Position numbers and translations under genes: made by a program. Positions 1 through 12,294 of a stretch of 64,000 nt of DNA are shown here, piece after piece. The notes beneath the pieces were generated by a model. That model worked only from the letters and a program-made list of their open reading frames with translations, ran no database searches and was not told the origin of the DNA. Each line of letters opens with the position of its first letter. Within the stretch, counting starts at the first letter, position 1. Source of the stretch: Mustelus asterias (Eukaryota); contig NC_135830.1 of the NCBI RefSeq assembly GCF_964213995.1, forward strand, positions 4,402,001 through 4,466,000, in the 5' to 3' direction.

Positions 1-76
1 AATGCCTTAGGATAGTTAAGTCTAAAAGTACCAAAGGAAGGGACCAGAGTTTCAGGAGCAGGTGAATTGAGACTTG

Positions 77-1118
77 TGTTATGGACAGGAGCGGGCTCAG
101 TTCACTGATATTTAGATTTAAAAAAAATAATTGGTGGAATGTTTCCCAATCCCTCGGTTTTTGTGTCATCTGATTTCTACTAATAAACCCACAGCAAACT
201 CAAGGTAGCATTAACTCAGAAGGTTAGTTTATTGCACATATTCAGAAACTGTGATAGAGTCTTTGCAATGTCCTCCTCCACAGTCATGCAGTAAAGAGAG
301 GAAGACTTAAAAGAATGTGTAACAATGCAGAGACATGGAGAAGATAAACATTGGTTCACATGAGTTCCAGGATCCTGAATCAAAGTCTAGTGAGTGATTC
401 TCTCGCAGAGGTCAGCAGGCTGAAAACCGGTTATAAAATCCTCTTCTCCACTGGTGCAGATGTGACAGGATGAAGTAGGCACACGGAGATGAATCTAATT
501 TATCAGCGATGGTACAAAAAGTAGAGCCAGGTTGGATGGGGCTAGTTGTCCAGCCTGACCAGGGCTTGCTTCAGTGTGGCCTGCCAGTCAGAAGTTAAAC
601 AGCAGCCTGAAGCCCGCAGCTCAGGAAGGCAACATTAACCTGTTCAACAAGCCAGAGTCTCAGCTCATGTGACCTCACCTCGGCACAGTGACTTCAACAA
701 AGGATGTTTATCCAGTTTCAGGCAGTTGGCTTTTTGTTCCAGGCTGATAATGTCTCAGCCAACATGGGTAGAAAGAGGATAGTTAAGTCTGTTGAGGGTT
801 TGGTATTTGGGAAGGCATTATCTCCGTAGACTCACAGACACCGCTAGCAAGCATGGTTTGCCAAATGGAAATGGCCTTCCGCTAGCTCCCTTTGAAGTTG
901 GGCAGTGCTGTTTCCACGTGGTCTGGTAGAAGCACTTTAGACACAGCTTGGAAATGGGACATTCCTGAAACAGAGAGTGAATGCTTTTGTTTTGGGGACT
1001 CACCGACAGAGGGTCAGTCAGCTTATTTGTTGTTGTTCAACCAAAACGTATTCGAGATAAGAAATGCAATAAGGCTATTTTTTATCAAACATACACAGTT
1101 AGGTTCTGTTCTGTTACA
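77..1118 (-). mobile_element. Probable solo LTR
   Basis: TG...CA termini (TGTTA / GTTACA), near-identical 4-bp flanks CTTG/CTAG, AATAAA on the minus strand (~228). It interrupts an older LINE-like fragment. Confidence 0.4.
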
Positions 1119-3133
1119 CTAGGTACAGTCGGGCAATGTTATTGAGGTGAAAATAGTCTTGCTGATGATACAGATATCTTGCTGAAAACTGATCTTGTGG
1201 TGAAATATTTTGAGGTTAATGTGAACCAGGGTTCAGCCTCAGAGAATTCCCCGGGAGAGGGATGGAGCCAGTGGTTAGGGAGTAGAGTTTGTATCTGGAA
1301 TTGAAGACAATGGCTTTGTTCTTCAGCTTATCTGGATGTGGTTGCGGTGACAGAGACTTGGTTGAAAGAGGGACAGGACTGGCAACTGAATATTCCAGGT
1401 TACAAGTGTTTTAGGCGAGACAGAGGAGGGGCCAAAAGAGGTGGGGCAGTAGCAGTATGAGTTGGAGAGCATATTACAGCGGTGCAGAGGGAGGACAATT
1501 CAGAGGGGTCGTGTAACGAGTCACTGTGGGTGGAGCTCAGAAACAGGAAGGGCGCAGTCACTATGTTGGGGGTATACTACAGGCCCCCCAACAGCCCAAG
1601 GGAAGTGGAAGAACGGATATGTCAGGAGATACTGGATAGGTGCAGGAAAAATAGGGTTGTTGTAGTGGGAGACTTCAATTTCCCTGGTATAGACTGGAAA
1701 TCGCGTAGGGCTGGGAGTCTGAATGGGGAGGAATTTGTAAAATGCGTACAGGAAGGTTCTTTGGAACAATATGTAGATAGCCCGACTAGAGAGGGGGCTA
1801 TACTGGACCTAGTACTGGGGAATGAGCCTGGTCAGGTCTTCAAAGTTTCGGTAGGGGAACATGTGGCAAATAGTGACCACAATTCTGTTAGCTTTAGGAT
1901 AGTGATGGAAAAGGATGAGTGGTGTCCCAAGGGTAAGGTGTTGGATTGGGGCAAGGCTAATTTTAGTGGGATTAGGCAGAAATTGGCAGCTGTTGATTGG
2001 GAGACTGTTTGAGGGTAAATCCACATCTGGCATGTGGGAGTCTTTTAAGGAACAGTTGTTAGGGCTGCAGGATAGGCATGTGCCCGTAAAAAAGAAGAAT
2101 AGGAAGGGTAGGATTCGAGAACCGTGGATAACCAGGGAAATTGAGGGATTGGTCAAAAAGAAAAGAGAGGCGTACGTTAGGTCCAGGCAGCTAAAAACGG
2201 AGGGAGCTCTGGAGGAGTACAAAGAACGTAGAAAAGAACTCAAACGAGGAATTAGAAGGGCAAAAAGGGGTCACGAAATGTCCTTGGCAGACAGGATTAA
2301 GGAGAATCCCAAGGCATTTTATTCATACGTTAGGAACAAAAGGGTTGTCAGGGAAAAAATCGGACCTCTCGGGGACGAAAGTGGGGAATTATGCTTAGAA
2401 CCCGAAGAAGTAGGGGAGATCCTAAATGAATACTTTGCGTCGTTATTCACAAAGGAGAGGGATGTGTTGACTGGGAGTGTCTCGGAGGGGAGTGTTGACC
2501 CGTTAGAAAAAATCTCCATTACAAGGGAGGAAGTGTTAGGTTTTTTAGGGAATATAGAGACTGACAAATCCCCAGGGCCTGATGGAATCTATCCAAGGCT
2601 GCTCAGGGAGACGAGAGATGAAATCGCTGGGCCTCTGACGCAAATCTTTGTCTCGTCACTGGACACAGGTGAGGTCCCAGAAGATTGGAGGATAGCTAAT
2701 GTGGTCCCGTTAATTAAGAAGGGTAGGAAGGATAACCCGGGAAATTGTAGGCCGGTGAGCTTGACGTCCGTGGTCGGGAAGTTGTTGGAGAGGATTCTTA
2801 GAGATAGGATGTATGCGCATTTAGAAAGGAATAAACTCATTAACGATAGTCAGCGTGGTTTTGTGAGAGGAAGGTCATGCCTCACTAACCTGGTGGAGTT
2901 TTTTGAAGAAGTGACTAGAATGGTTGACGAGGGAAGGGCCGTGGATGTCGTCTATATGGACTTTAGTAAGGGGTTTGATAAAGTCCCTCATGGTAGGTTG
3001 GTGCAAAAGGTTGGATCTCATGGGATAAAGGGGGAGGTGGCTAGATGGGTGGAGAACTGGCTTGGTCACAGAAGACAGAGGGTGGTAGTGGAAGGGTCTT
3101 TTTCTGGCTGGATGCCTGTGACTAGTGGTGTTC

Positions 3134-3384
3134 ACAGTAAGAAGTTTAACAACACCAGGTTAAAGTCCAACAGGTTTATTTGGTAGCAAAAGCCACACAA
3201 GCTTTCGGAGCTCCAAGCCCCTTCTTCAGGTGAGTGTCCTGAAGAAATGTCACCTGAAGAAGGGGCTTGGAGCTCCGAAAGCTTGTGTGGCTTTTGGTAC
3301 CAAATAAACCTGTTGGATTTTAACCTGGTGTTGTTAAACTTCTTACTGTGTTTACCCAAGTCCAACGCCGGCATCTCCACAACA
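3134..3384 (-). mobile_element. Non-autonomous Penelope-derived fold-back element inserted in CR1 RT
   Basis: ~100-bp inverted arms (3133-3233 / 3250-3350) plus a single-copy tail. Imperfect 15-bp TSD TGACTAGTGGTGTTC (3119-3133) / TGACGAGTGATGTTC (3385-3399). Termini match the GIY-YIG-bearing element at 4688-5958. Confidence 0.8.
3251..3287 (+). ncRNA. Minimal type-I hammerhead ribozyme motif (mirror copy on minus strand 3196-3232)
   Basis: CAC-CTGAAGA-A-GGGGC ttgga GCTCC-GAAA-GCTT-GTG: core CUGANGA/GAAA, stems I and II, palindromic stem-III remnant. Confidence 0.7.
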
Positions 3385-4687
3385 TGACGAGTGATGTTCC
3401 ACAGGGCTCTGTATTGGGACCTCTGCTGTTTGTGATTTATATAAACGATCTGGAAGAAGGTGTAACTGGGGTGATCAGTAAATTTGCGGACGACACGAAA
3501 ATGGCTGGACTTGCAGATAGTGAGGAACATTGTCAGAGGCTACAGAAGGATATAGATAGGCTGGAAATTTGGGCAAAGAAATGGCAGATGGAGTTCAATC
3601 CAGATTAATGCGAAGTGATGCATTTTGGTAGAACTAACGTAGGGGGGAGCTATACGATAAATGGCAGAACCATAAAGGGTGTAGATACGCAGAGGGACCT
3701 GGGTGTGCAAGTCCACAGATCCTTGAAGGTGACGTCACAGGTGGAGAAGGTAGTGAATAAGGCATATAGCATGCTTGCCTTTATAGGATGGGGCATAGAG
3801 TATAATAGTTGGGGTCTGATGTTGCAGTTGTATAGAACGTTGGTTCGGCCGCATTTGGAATACTGCGTGCAGTTCTGGTCGCCACACTACCAGAAGTACG
3901 TGGAGGCTTTAGAGAGAGTACAGAGGAGGTTTACCAGGATGTTGCCTGGTATGGAGGAGCTTAGTTATGAGGAGAGATTGGGTAAACTGGGGTTGTTCTC
4001 CCTGGAAAGACGGAGGATGAGGGATGACCTAATAGACGTATATAAAATTATGAAAGGCATAGATAGGGTGAACGGTGGGAAGCTTTTTCCCAGGTCGGTG
4101 GTGACGTTCACGAGAGGTCATAGGTTCAAGGTGAGGCGGGGGGAGGTTTAACACGGATATCAGAAGGACGTATTTTACGCAGAGGGTGGTGGGGGCCTGG
4201 AATGCGCTGCCGGGCAAGGTGGTGGTGGAGGCGGACACACTGGGAACGTTTAAGACTTATCTAGATAGCCACATGAACGGAGTGGGAATGGAGGGATACA
4301 AAAGAATGGTCTAGTTTGGACCAGGGAGCGGCGCGGGCTTGGAGGGCCGAAGGGCCTGTTCCTGTGCTGTATTGTTCTTTGTTCTTTGTTCATATTTAAA
4401 TGAAGGAAATTTCTGCTCATCGCGTACTGGATGTCAGGACAGAGTGTGACTTGGAGAGGAATTTGTAGGTGATGGTGTTCACATTTCCTGCTATCCCAAT
4501 CCTTCAAGATGGTGGAGGGTGAGAGTTTTGGAGGTTCTGACAAAGTTCTGGTCAACTGGAGATGTGTAAAATCTGTCTCTCTGCTCACTGCCTCGTTCCC
4601 ACAAAATATCACATTCATTCTGCTCAATTTCACAACCTGTTTTTGTGGGTTGTCTCTAACGCCCTTTTTTCTGTTTGAAATATCCTT

Positions 4688-5958
4688 GATGTGGAGATGC
4701 CGGCGTTGGACTGGGGTAAGAAGTCTCACAACACCAGGTTAAAGTCCAACAGGTTTATTTGGTAGCAAATACCATAAGCTTTCGGAGCGCTGCCCCTTTG
4801 TCAGATGGAGTGGAAATCTGTTCTCCAACAGTGCACAGAGACACAGAAATCAAGTTACAGAATACTAATTAGAATGCAAATCTCTACAGCCAGCCAGGTC
4901 TTAAAGGTACAGATAATGTGGGTGGAGGGACCATTAAACACAGGTTAAAGAGATGTGTATTGTCTCCAGACAGAACAGCTAGTAAGATTCTGCAAGATCA
5001 GGGGGAAAGCTGTGGGGGTTACTGATAATGTGACATAAATCCAACATCCCGGTTTAGGCCGTCCTCATGTGTGCGAAAATTGGCTATCAGTTTCTGCTCA
5101 GCGACTCTGCGCTGTCGTGTGTCGTGAAGGCCGCCTTGGCTTGCCTTCAAACAACCACGCAACCTCAAACAGACCATTGTCCGCAGCAAACTACCCAGCC
5201 TTCAGGAGAACAGTGACCATGACACCACACAACCCTGCCACAGCAACCTCTGCAAGACATGCCGGATCATCGACACGGATGCCATCATCTCATGTGAGAA
5301 CACCATCTACCAGGTACACGGTACATACTCTTGCAACTCGGCCAACATTGTCTACCTGATACGCTGCAGGAAAGGATGTCCCGAGGCATGGTACATTGGG
5401 GAAACCATGCAGACGCTACGACAACGGATGAATGAACACCGCTCGACAATCACCAGGCAAGACTGTTCTCTTCCTGTGGGAGAGCACTTCAGCAGTCACG
5501 GGCATTCAGCCTTGGATCTTCAGGTAAGCGTTCTCCAAGGCGGCCTTCACGACACACGACAGCGCAGAGTCGCTGAGCAGAAACTGATAGCCAAGTTCCG
5601 CACACATGAGGACGGCCGAAACCGGGATGTTGGATTTATGTCACATTATCAGTAACCCCCACAGCTTGCCTCCTGATCTTGCAGAATCTTACTAGCTGTT
5701 CTGTCTGGAGACAATACACATCTCTTTAACCTGTGTTTAATGTTCCCTCCACCCACATTATCTGTACCTTTAAGACCTGGCTGGCTGTAGAGATTCGCAT
5801 TCTAATTAGTATTCTGTAACTTGATTTCTGTGTCTCTGTGCCCTGTTGGAGAACAGATTTTCACTCCATCTGACGAAGGGGCAGCGCTCCGAAAGCTTAT
5901 GGTATTTGCTACCAAATAAACCTGTTGGACTTTAACCTGGTGTTGTGAGACTTCTTAC
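4688..5958 (+). mobile_element. Penelope-like element 3' part (GIY-YIG endonuclease) with inverted pseudo-LTR
   Basis: 5143-5655 encodes AFKQPRNLKQ...C..C..C...NIVYLIRC...WYIGETMQTLRQRMNEH...GFMSHYQ*. Segment ~4717-5139 is the reverse complement of ~5535-5958. 12-bp TSD TGAAATATCCTT at 4676-4687 and 5959-5970. Confidence 0.9.
5866..5902 (+). ncRNA. Minimal hammerhead ribozyme motif in Penelope pseudo-LTR
   Basis: CCAT-CTGACGA-A-GGGGC agc GCTCC-GAAA-GCTT-ATGG. The inverted copy (4772-4808) has the core mutated to CTGACAA. Confidence 0.75.
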
Positions 5959-6084
5959 TGAAATATCCTTCACAGGGCATTAGGAGGGGAAGATTTGCAG
6001 TTGGGTAATTGAAACAAAACATCACATCAGGATGGGACAGAGTTTCCCAATTTATCATAACTTGAATCCCATCGGATTTTGAAC

Positions 6085-6951
6085 ATGGAAGGAAAAAGCA
6101 TCGTTGACAATGAAGAGAAACAGTGCATGTCTTCTGTGTGTGGACAAGACATCAGCCGATCTGGCCTGTCGAACCACAAGCACAGTCACACTGAGGAGAA
6201 GCTGTGGAAGTGTGGGGACTTTGGGAAGGAATTTGATTCTCCAGTTAGTCTAGAAATTCATCGGTGAATTCACACCGCGGAGAGGCCCTTCACCTGCTCC
6301 GAGTGTGGGAAAGGATTCAGTGCCTCATCCCACTTGCTGACACACCAGCACACTCACACTGGGCAGAGACCATTCACCTGCCCCATGTGTGGTAAGGGAT
6401 TCACTCAGTCATCTAATCTGCTGACACACCAGTGAATGCACGCTGGAGAGAGGCCATTCATCTGCTCTGTGTATGGGAAAAGATTCACTCAGTCATTGCC
6501 ATTCAAGGCACACAAACTAGTTCACACTGGGGAGAAGCCATTCACCTGTTCCGTGTGTAGAAAGGGATTCAATCGGTCATCAACGCTGCTAACACACCAG
6601 CGAGTTCACACTGATGAGAAACCTTTTAAATGCCCAGAGTATGGGAATTGCTATAAAAGCTCTGGGGAGCTGATGTCCCATCAACAGGTCCACACTGACG
6701 AGAAACCATTCAGATGCTCTCGCTGTGGGACTGGGTCCAGGCGATCATCTGACCTCACTGTGCACCAGCGCACTCACACTGGGGAGAAGCCGTTCTCATG
6801 CACCGTGTGTGGGAAGAGATTCAATCAGACATGTACCCTTCCAAGACACCAGCAAGTTCACACTGGGGAGAGCCCCTTCACCTGTTCTGTGTGCGGGAAG
6901 AGCTTTGGTCGGTTGTCCACTCTGCTGAGACACCAACAAGTTCACAAGTGA
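6085..6951 (+). pseudogene. C2H2 zinc-finger pseudogene A
   Basis: HTGEKPF-linked fingers, in-frame TGA at 6265 and 6433, several Cys replaced (CGDF, CSVY, CPEY). Acceptor-like TCCTTCACAG at ~5975. Confidence 0.85.
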
Positions 6952-7229
6952 CTGCAGTGATTGGATTTTGCTGTTAGTCACATCCTGGACTGAACTGGAG
7001 GAGCAGCAAGAGTGGGAGAGCCCAAATCTGATTGGAGGAGCTGTTTCTCACAGATTCTGTGTCTCCCACATTCAGGGCAAGTTTTCTTTCAATGGTCACC
7101 CCGGTGGTGAATTTTAATGGAAATTTTATGGGCTTTGATAACTGGAATTTGCTCTTTTCCACCATTTATATTATACCCTCTTCCAATTCTCAACATCTCC
7201 AACTAGGAAGTGCTGATTAATCCTTACTG

Positions 7230-9300
7230 ACAATTTGTTCAGACTTCATCTAAATTATCAAGGAATATTTCACAGTCACATCGATAAAAGTTTCAACAAT
7301 CAACACTGATATTGATAAATGCTGAGTTCAATCATTTCTGACACAGCAGCAGCAACATTTGGTAAAGGTGGAACCCACAACAAAGACTGGTTTGAGACCC
7401 ACTCAGCAGAGATGACATCTGTCACTGAAGCAAAAAAGCAAAGCCAACCTGATGTACAACATCGAGTCACAGAGGTTTACAGCATGGAAACAGGCCCAAC
7501 TTGTCCATGCCACCCTTTTTTTTTAAAACACCGAAGCTCGTCCCAATTGCCCACATTTGGCCCATATCCCTCTATACCCATCTTACCCATGTAACTGTCT
7601 AAATGCTTCTTCAAAGACAAAATTGTACCCGCCTCTACTACTACCTCTGGCAGCTTGTTCCACACTCACCGCCCTCTGTGTAAACAAATTGCCCCTCTGG
7701 ACACTTTTGTATCTCTCCCCTCTCACCTTAAACCCATGCCCTCTAGTTTTAGACTCCCCTAACTTGGGAAAAGATATTGACTATCTATCTGATCTATTCC
7801 CCTCATTATTTTATAGACCTCTATAAGATCACCCCTCAGCCTTCTACGCCCCAGAGAAAAAAGTCCCAGTCTATGCAGCCTCTCCTGATAACTCAAACCA
7901 TCAATTCCCAGTAGCATCCGAGTAAATCTTTTCTGCACTCTTTCTAATTTAATAATATCCTTTCTATAATAGGGTGACCAGAACTGTACACAGTATTCCA
8001 AGTGTGTGGCCTTACCAATGTCTTGTCCAACTTCAACAAGACGTCCCAACTCCTGTATTCAATGTTCTGACCAATGAAACCAAGCATGCTGAAATGTCTT
8101 CTTCACCACTCTGTCCACCTGTGACTCCACTTTCAAGGAGCTATGAACATGTACCCCTAGATCTTTGTTCTGTAACTCTTCCCAATGCCCTATCATTAAC
8201 TGAGTAAGTCCTGCCCTGGTTCAATCTACCAAAATGCATCACCTCGCATTTATCTAAATTAAACTCCATCTGCCGTTCATCAGCCCACTGGCCCAATTGA
8301 TCAAGATCCCATTGCAACCTTCTTCACTGTCCATTATGCCAGCAATCTTGGTGTCATCTGCAAACTTACTAACCATGCTGCCTATATTCTCATCCAAATC
8401 ATTAATATAAATGACAAACAACAGTGGACCCAGCACTGATCCCTGAGGCACACTGGTGGTCACAGTTCTCCAGTTTGAAAAACAGCCCTCTACAACCATC
8501 CTCTGGCTTCTGTCTTCAAGCCAATTTTGTATCCATTTAGCTACCTCAGCCTGGATCCCATGAGATTTAAGCTCATGCAACATGTGGTATTTCGTCAAAG
8601 GCCTTGCTAAAGTCCATGTGGACAACATCAACTGCACTGTCCTCATCTCCCTTCTTGGTTACCCCTTCAAAAAGCTCAATCAAATTTGTGAGACATGATT
8701 TTCCACTCTCAAAGCCATGCTAACTGTCCATAATCAGTCCTTGTGTCTCTAAATGTCTGTTGATCCTGTCTCTCAAAATACCTTCCAACAACTTACCCAC
8801 CAGAGATGTGAGGCTCACTGGCCTGTAGTTCCCAGGCTTTTCCCTGCAACCCTTTTTAAACAAAGGCACAACATTTGCCACTCTCCAATCTTCAGGCACC
8901 TCACCTTGACTATCGATGATTCAAATATCTCTGCTATGGGACCCGCAATTTCCTCCCTAGCCTCCCACAATGTCCTGGGGTATGCTTCATCAGGTCCTGG
9001 GGATTTATCTACCTTGATGTGCTTTAAGACTTCCAGCAACTCCTTCTCGGTAATCATAATATGTACACTCCTCAAGATATCGCTTTATTTATTTACATAA
9101 ATTTATTTATTTAATATTTATTTACATAAACCCAACAGCTGGAACACCGCTGAACTTAAATGTAGCCAAGTTGTGCAAACGACAGGGAGATATTGTGTAA
9201 ATAAACTGGATCAGCCTGTGTCAATACATTCAGACTATGACCATGTAAATCCACATGCTATGTGTATGGTGAGATTGAATTAACCTGGCCTGACCATCAC
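7230..9300 (+). mobile_element. Old RTE-clade LINE fragment (about 7230-7455 and 9130-9300), split by a CR1
   Basis: TAAATFGK...KDWFETHSAEMTSVTEAKK, and a downstream segment resembling the QTARRCAN.YW..LC..IQ stretch typical of the RTE endonuclease-RT linker. Confidence 0.55.
7462..9082 (-). mobile_element. CR1 LINE 3' half, degenerate
   Basis: KSPGPDEAYPR, VPQGSVLGPLLF, FADDTK, HLEYCVQFWSP in broken minus-strand frames. Confidence 0.9.
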
Positions 9301-9304
9301 CAGA

Positions 9305-9730
9305 GACCATAAGACATAGGAGCAGAATTAGGCCACTTGGCCCATCAAGTCTGCTCTGCCATTCAATCATGGCTAATACTTTCCTCATCCCCATTCTCCT
9401 GCCTTTTCCCCATAACCCCTGATCCCCTTATTAATCAAGAACCTATCTATCTCTGTCTTAAAGACACTCAATGACCTGGCCTCCACAGCCTTCTGCAGCA
9501 AAGAGTTCCACAGATTCACCATTCTCTGGCTGAAGAAATTCCTCCTCATCTCTGTTTTAAAAGATCGTCCCTTTAGCCTGAGGTTGTGCCCTCTGGTTCT
9601 AGTTTTTCCTACTGGTGGAAACGCCCTCTCCACATCCACTCTATTCAGGCCTCACAGTATCCTATAAGTTTCAATAAGATCCCCCCTCATCCTTCTAAAC
9701 TCCGAGTTCAGACCCAGAGTCCTCAACCAT
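9305..9730 (-). mobile_element. CR1 3' end fragment
   Basis: TRTRGHNLRL...RRNFFSQRMVNLWNSL, plus CR1 3' UTR. Confidence 0.85.
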
Positions 9731-10261
9731 CCCTCTTGGAGGCCCCACTCCCTGAGCCTACAACCTTCAGCAGGGCCAGTGCTGAAGTTTCACAGTGGGA
9801 GTGATCCCAGAATAACTGTCAGAATCACATCATCATTGATGTTCCAGGTTTGTGTATTTTTAGTTATCCTGGTGTCTAACACACACACTCCACAAAACAG
9901 GGAATTCCTGCAAACACACTTCTCTATATAGAGATCCAATGTCTGTTGTATAATTTTCCCAGCAGTTAATAGGTTCCTGTGAACTCCGCCAACTAGTGTT
10001 TTAATGTTGACTTTAACAAATATATTTTAAACAGGTTTAATTTAAATGAGTTAAAAACCGGCCTTAAAATGGCAGATGAAGTATAATGAGCACAATAATT
10101 TTCAGACTGGAAACTTTAACTTGCCGTTTCACTTTCATTTAGTAATAGATCCCAGTTTTACACCAATGTCTGGTTTGACAGCATTTTTCCAGCATTCACC
10201 ATCATTCTAAAAGCAGAAATTGCTTCAAAATCCCAGCAGGTCTGACAGTATCTGTAAAGAC

Positions 10262-10618
10262 GGGGAGGTGATAGCCTAGTGTATTATCGTTAGACTTTTA
10301 ACCCAGAAACTCAGCTTATGTTCTGTCGACCCGGTTTCAAATCCCGCCACGGCAGGTGGTGGAATTTGAATTCAATAAAAAAAATCTGGAATTAAGAATC
10401 TACTGATGACCATGAAACCATTGTCGATTGTCGGAAAAACCCATCTGCTTCACTCATGTCCTTTAGGGAAGGAAATCTGCTCACCTTACCCGGTCTGGCC
10501 TACATGTGAGTCCAGAGCCACAGCAATGTGGTTGACTCTCAACTGCCCTCCAAGGGCAACTAGGGATTGGCAATAAATGCTGGCCCGGCCAGCGAATCTC
10601 ATGTCTCACGAATGAATA
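10262..10618 (+). mobile_element. tRNA-derived SINE (non-HE1 family); partial minus-strand copy at ~12035-12280
   Basis: Degenerate A box (TAGCCTAGTG) and B box (GGTTTCAAATCC), GAATGAAT tail, related copy in the window. Confidence 0.65.
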
Positions 10619-10715
10619 GTAGAAACTTAATGTTTTAAGTTCAATATGACTCTTCTGTTTCTCTTTCCAGAGATGCTGTCAGACTTGCTGAGTTTTTACA
10701 GCACTTCCTGTTTTT

Positions 10716-11049
10716 CATAGAAATCATAGAAACCCTACAGTGCAGAAGGAGGCCATTCGGCCCATCGAGTCTGCACCGACCACAATCCCACCCAGGCCCT
10801 ACCCCCACATATTTACCCACTAATCCCTCTAACCTACGCATCTCAGGACTCTAAGGGGCAATTTTTAACCTGGCCAATCAACCTAACCCGCACATCTTTG
10901 GACTGTGGGAGGAAACCGGAGCACCCGGAGGAAACCCACGCAGACACGAGGAGAATGTGCAAACTCCACACAGACAGTGACCCGAGCCGGGAATCGAACC
11001 CGGGACCCTGGAGCTGTGAAGCAGCAGTGCTAACCACTGTGCTACCGTG
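10716..11049 (-). mobile_element. HE1-type V-SINE
   Basis: Reverse complement of CACGGTAGCACAGTGGTTAGCACTGCTG...GGTTCGATTCC...GTGTGGAGTTTGCAC, with a CR1-like TTCTATGA tail. Confidence 0.9.
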
Positions 11050-11409
11050 ACTTTACAAGTTCAGGATTCAGACAAGCAGGAAATTTAGAGACAGTTTGAC
11101 CTGGTGGTCTAGTAGAGATGCTGATCAGATTGTCTCAATCTTGGTGACAAAGAAGCTCCATGAGCTCCTCACACTTGTTTTTGGAGGTGAGGATGAAGGA
11201 GACGGGGAGAGGGGGGGAAGCCCTTCAAATGGAACTAACATGTTTGAGGTATTAAAAGCATTCTTCACACTAAAAGTTTGTGTATTTGAGTTCCACCCAC
11301 AATACAAACCTTATAACTGGGCCAGTGTTTATTAACATGAGCAGAAACAGACACCAATGAAAATAGTTAGGACCTCGATGTGATAAACAGCAAAATCCAG
11401 TCATTGCAG

Positions 11410-12030
11410 TCACTTGTGAACACGCTGGTGTTTCAGCAGGTGAGGTAACTAAGTGAATCTTTCCCCACACTTGAAGCAGGTGAATGGCCTGTCCCCAGTG
11501 TGAATTCGCTGGTGCTTTACCAGGTTGGATGATTGACTGAATCCCTTCCCACACTCAGAGCAAGTGAACGGCCTCTCTCCGGTGTGAACTCGCTGGTGTC
11601 TCAGCAGGGTGGATGAATCAATAAATCCCTTCCCACAACTGGAGCAAGTGAATGGCTTCTCCCCACTGTGAACTCGCTGGTGTTTCAACAAGGTGAATGA
11701 CTAAGTGAATCCCTTCCCACACTCAGAGCAGGTGAACGGCCTCTATCCGGTGTGACCTCGCTGGTGTTTTAGCAGGTTGAATGATTTGAGTAAATCCCTT
11801 CCCACACTCTGGGCAGATAAATGGCCTCTCCCCGTTATGAATTCGCTGGCGTTTCAGCAGGTAGGATGGATCAGTGAATCCCTTTCCACACTCAGAACGG
11901 GTGAACGGCCTCTTTCCAATGTAAACTCGCTGGTGTTTTAGCAGGATAGAAGAGGTAGGGAATCCCTTTCCACAATCGAGGCATTTGAGTGGTCTCTCTC
12001 TAGTGTGAACTCTCTGGTGTGTCAGCACAC
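11410..12030 (-). pseudogene. C2H2 zinc-finger pseudogene B, 5'-truncated
   Basis: About 7 fingers in three frames (frameshifts near 11790 and 11700). The 5' side is replaced by SINE/LINE sequence. Confidence 0.85.
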
Positions 12031-12294
12031 TCCTTACAGAGTAGCCATACATGTCAGCCAGTCCAGATAAGGTTGGCAGATTTCCTTCCCTGAAGGGCAT
12101 CAGATGGGCTTTTATGACAATCAACAATAATTTCTAATCATCATTAGACATTTAATCCCAGACTTTCATCTAATTTATATTTCACCATTTGCCATGATAG
12201 GATTCGAACCCGGGTCCCCAGAGCATTACCCTGAGTCTCTGGGTCACTCGTCCTGTGACACTGCCACCACACCATTGCCTGCCCAATATGGAAA

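Larger units (their letters stand above)
1330..4391 (+). mobile_element. CR1 LINE, 5'-truncated ORF2 (APE endonuclease + RT), inactivated
   Basis: Motifs DVVAVTETW, GVYYRPPN, VGDFNFP, KSPGPDGIYP, DFSKGFDKVPH, VPQGSVLGPLLF, FADDTK, HLEYCVQFWSP. Frameshift near 2003, internal stops, (TTCTTTG)n tail. Confidence 0.95.
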
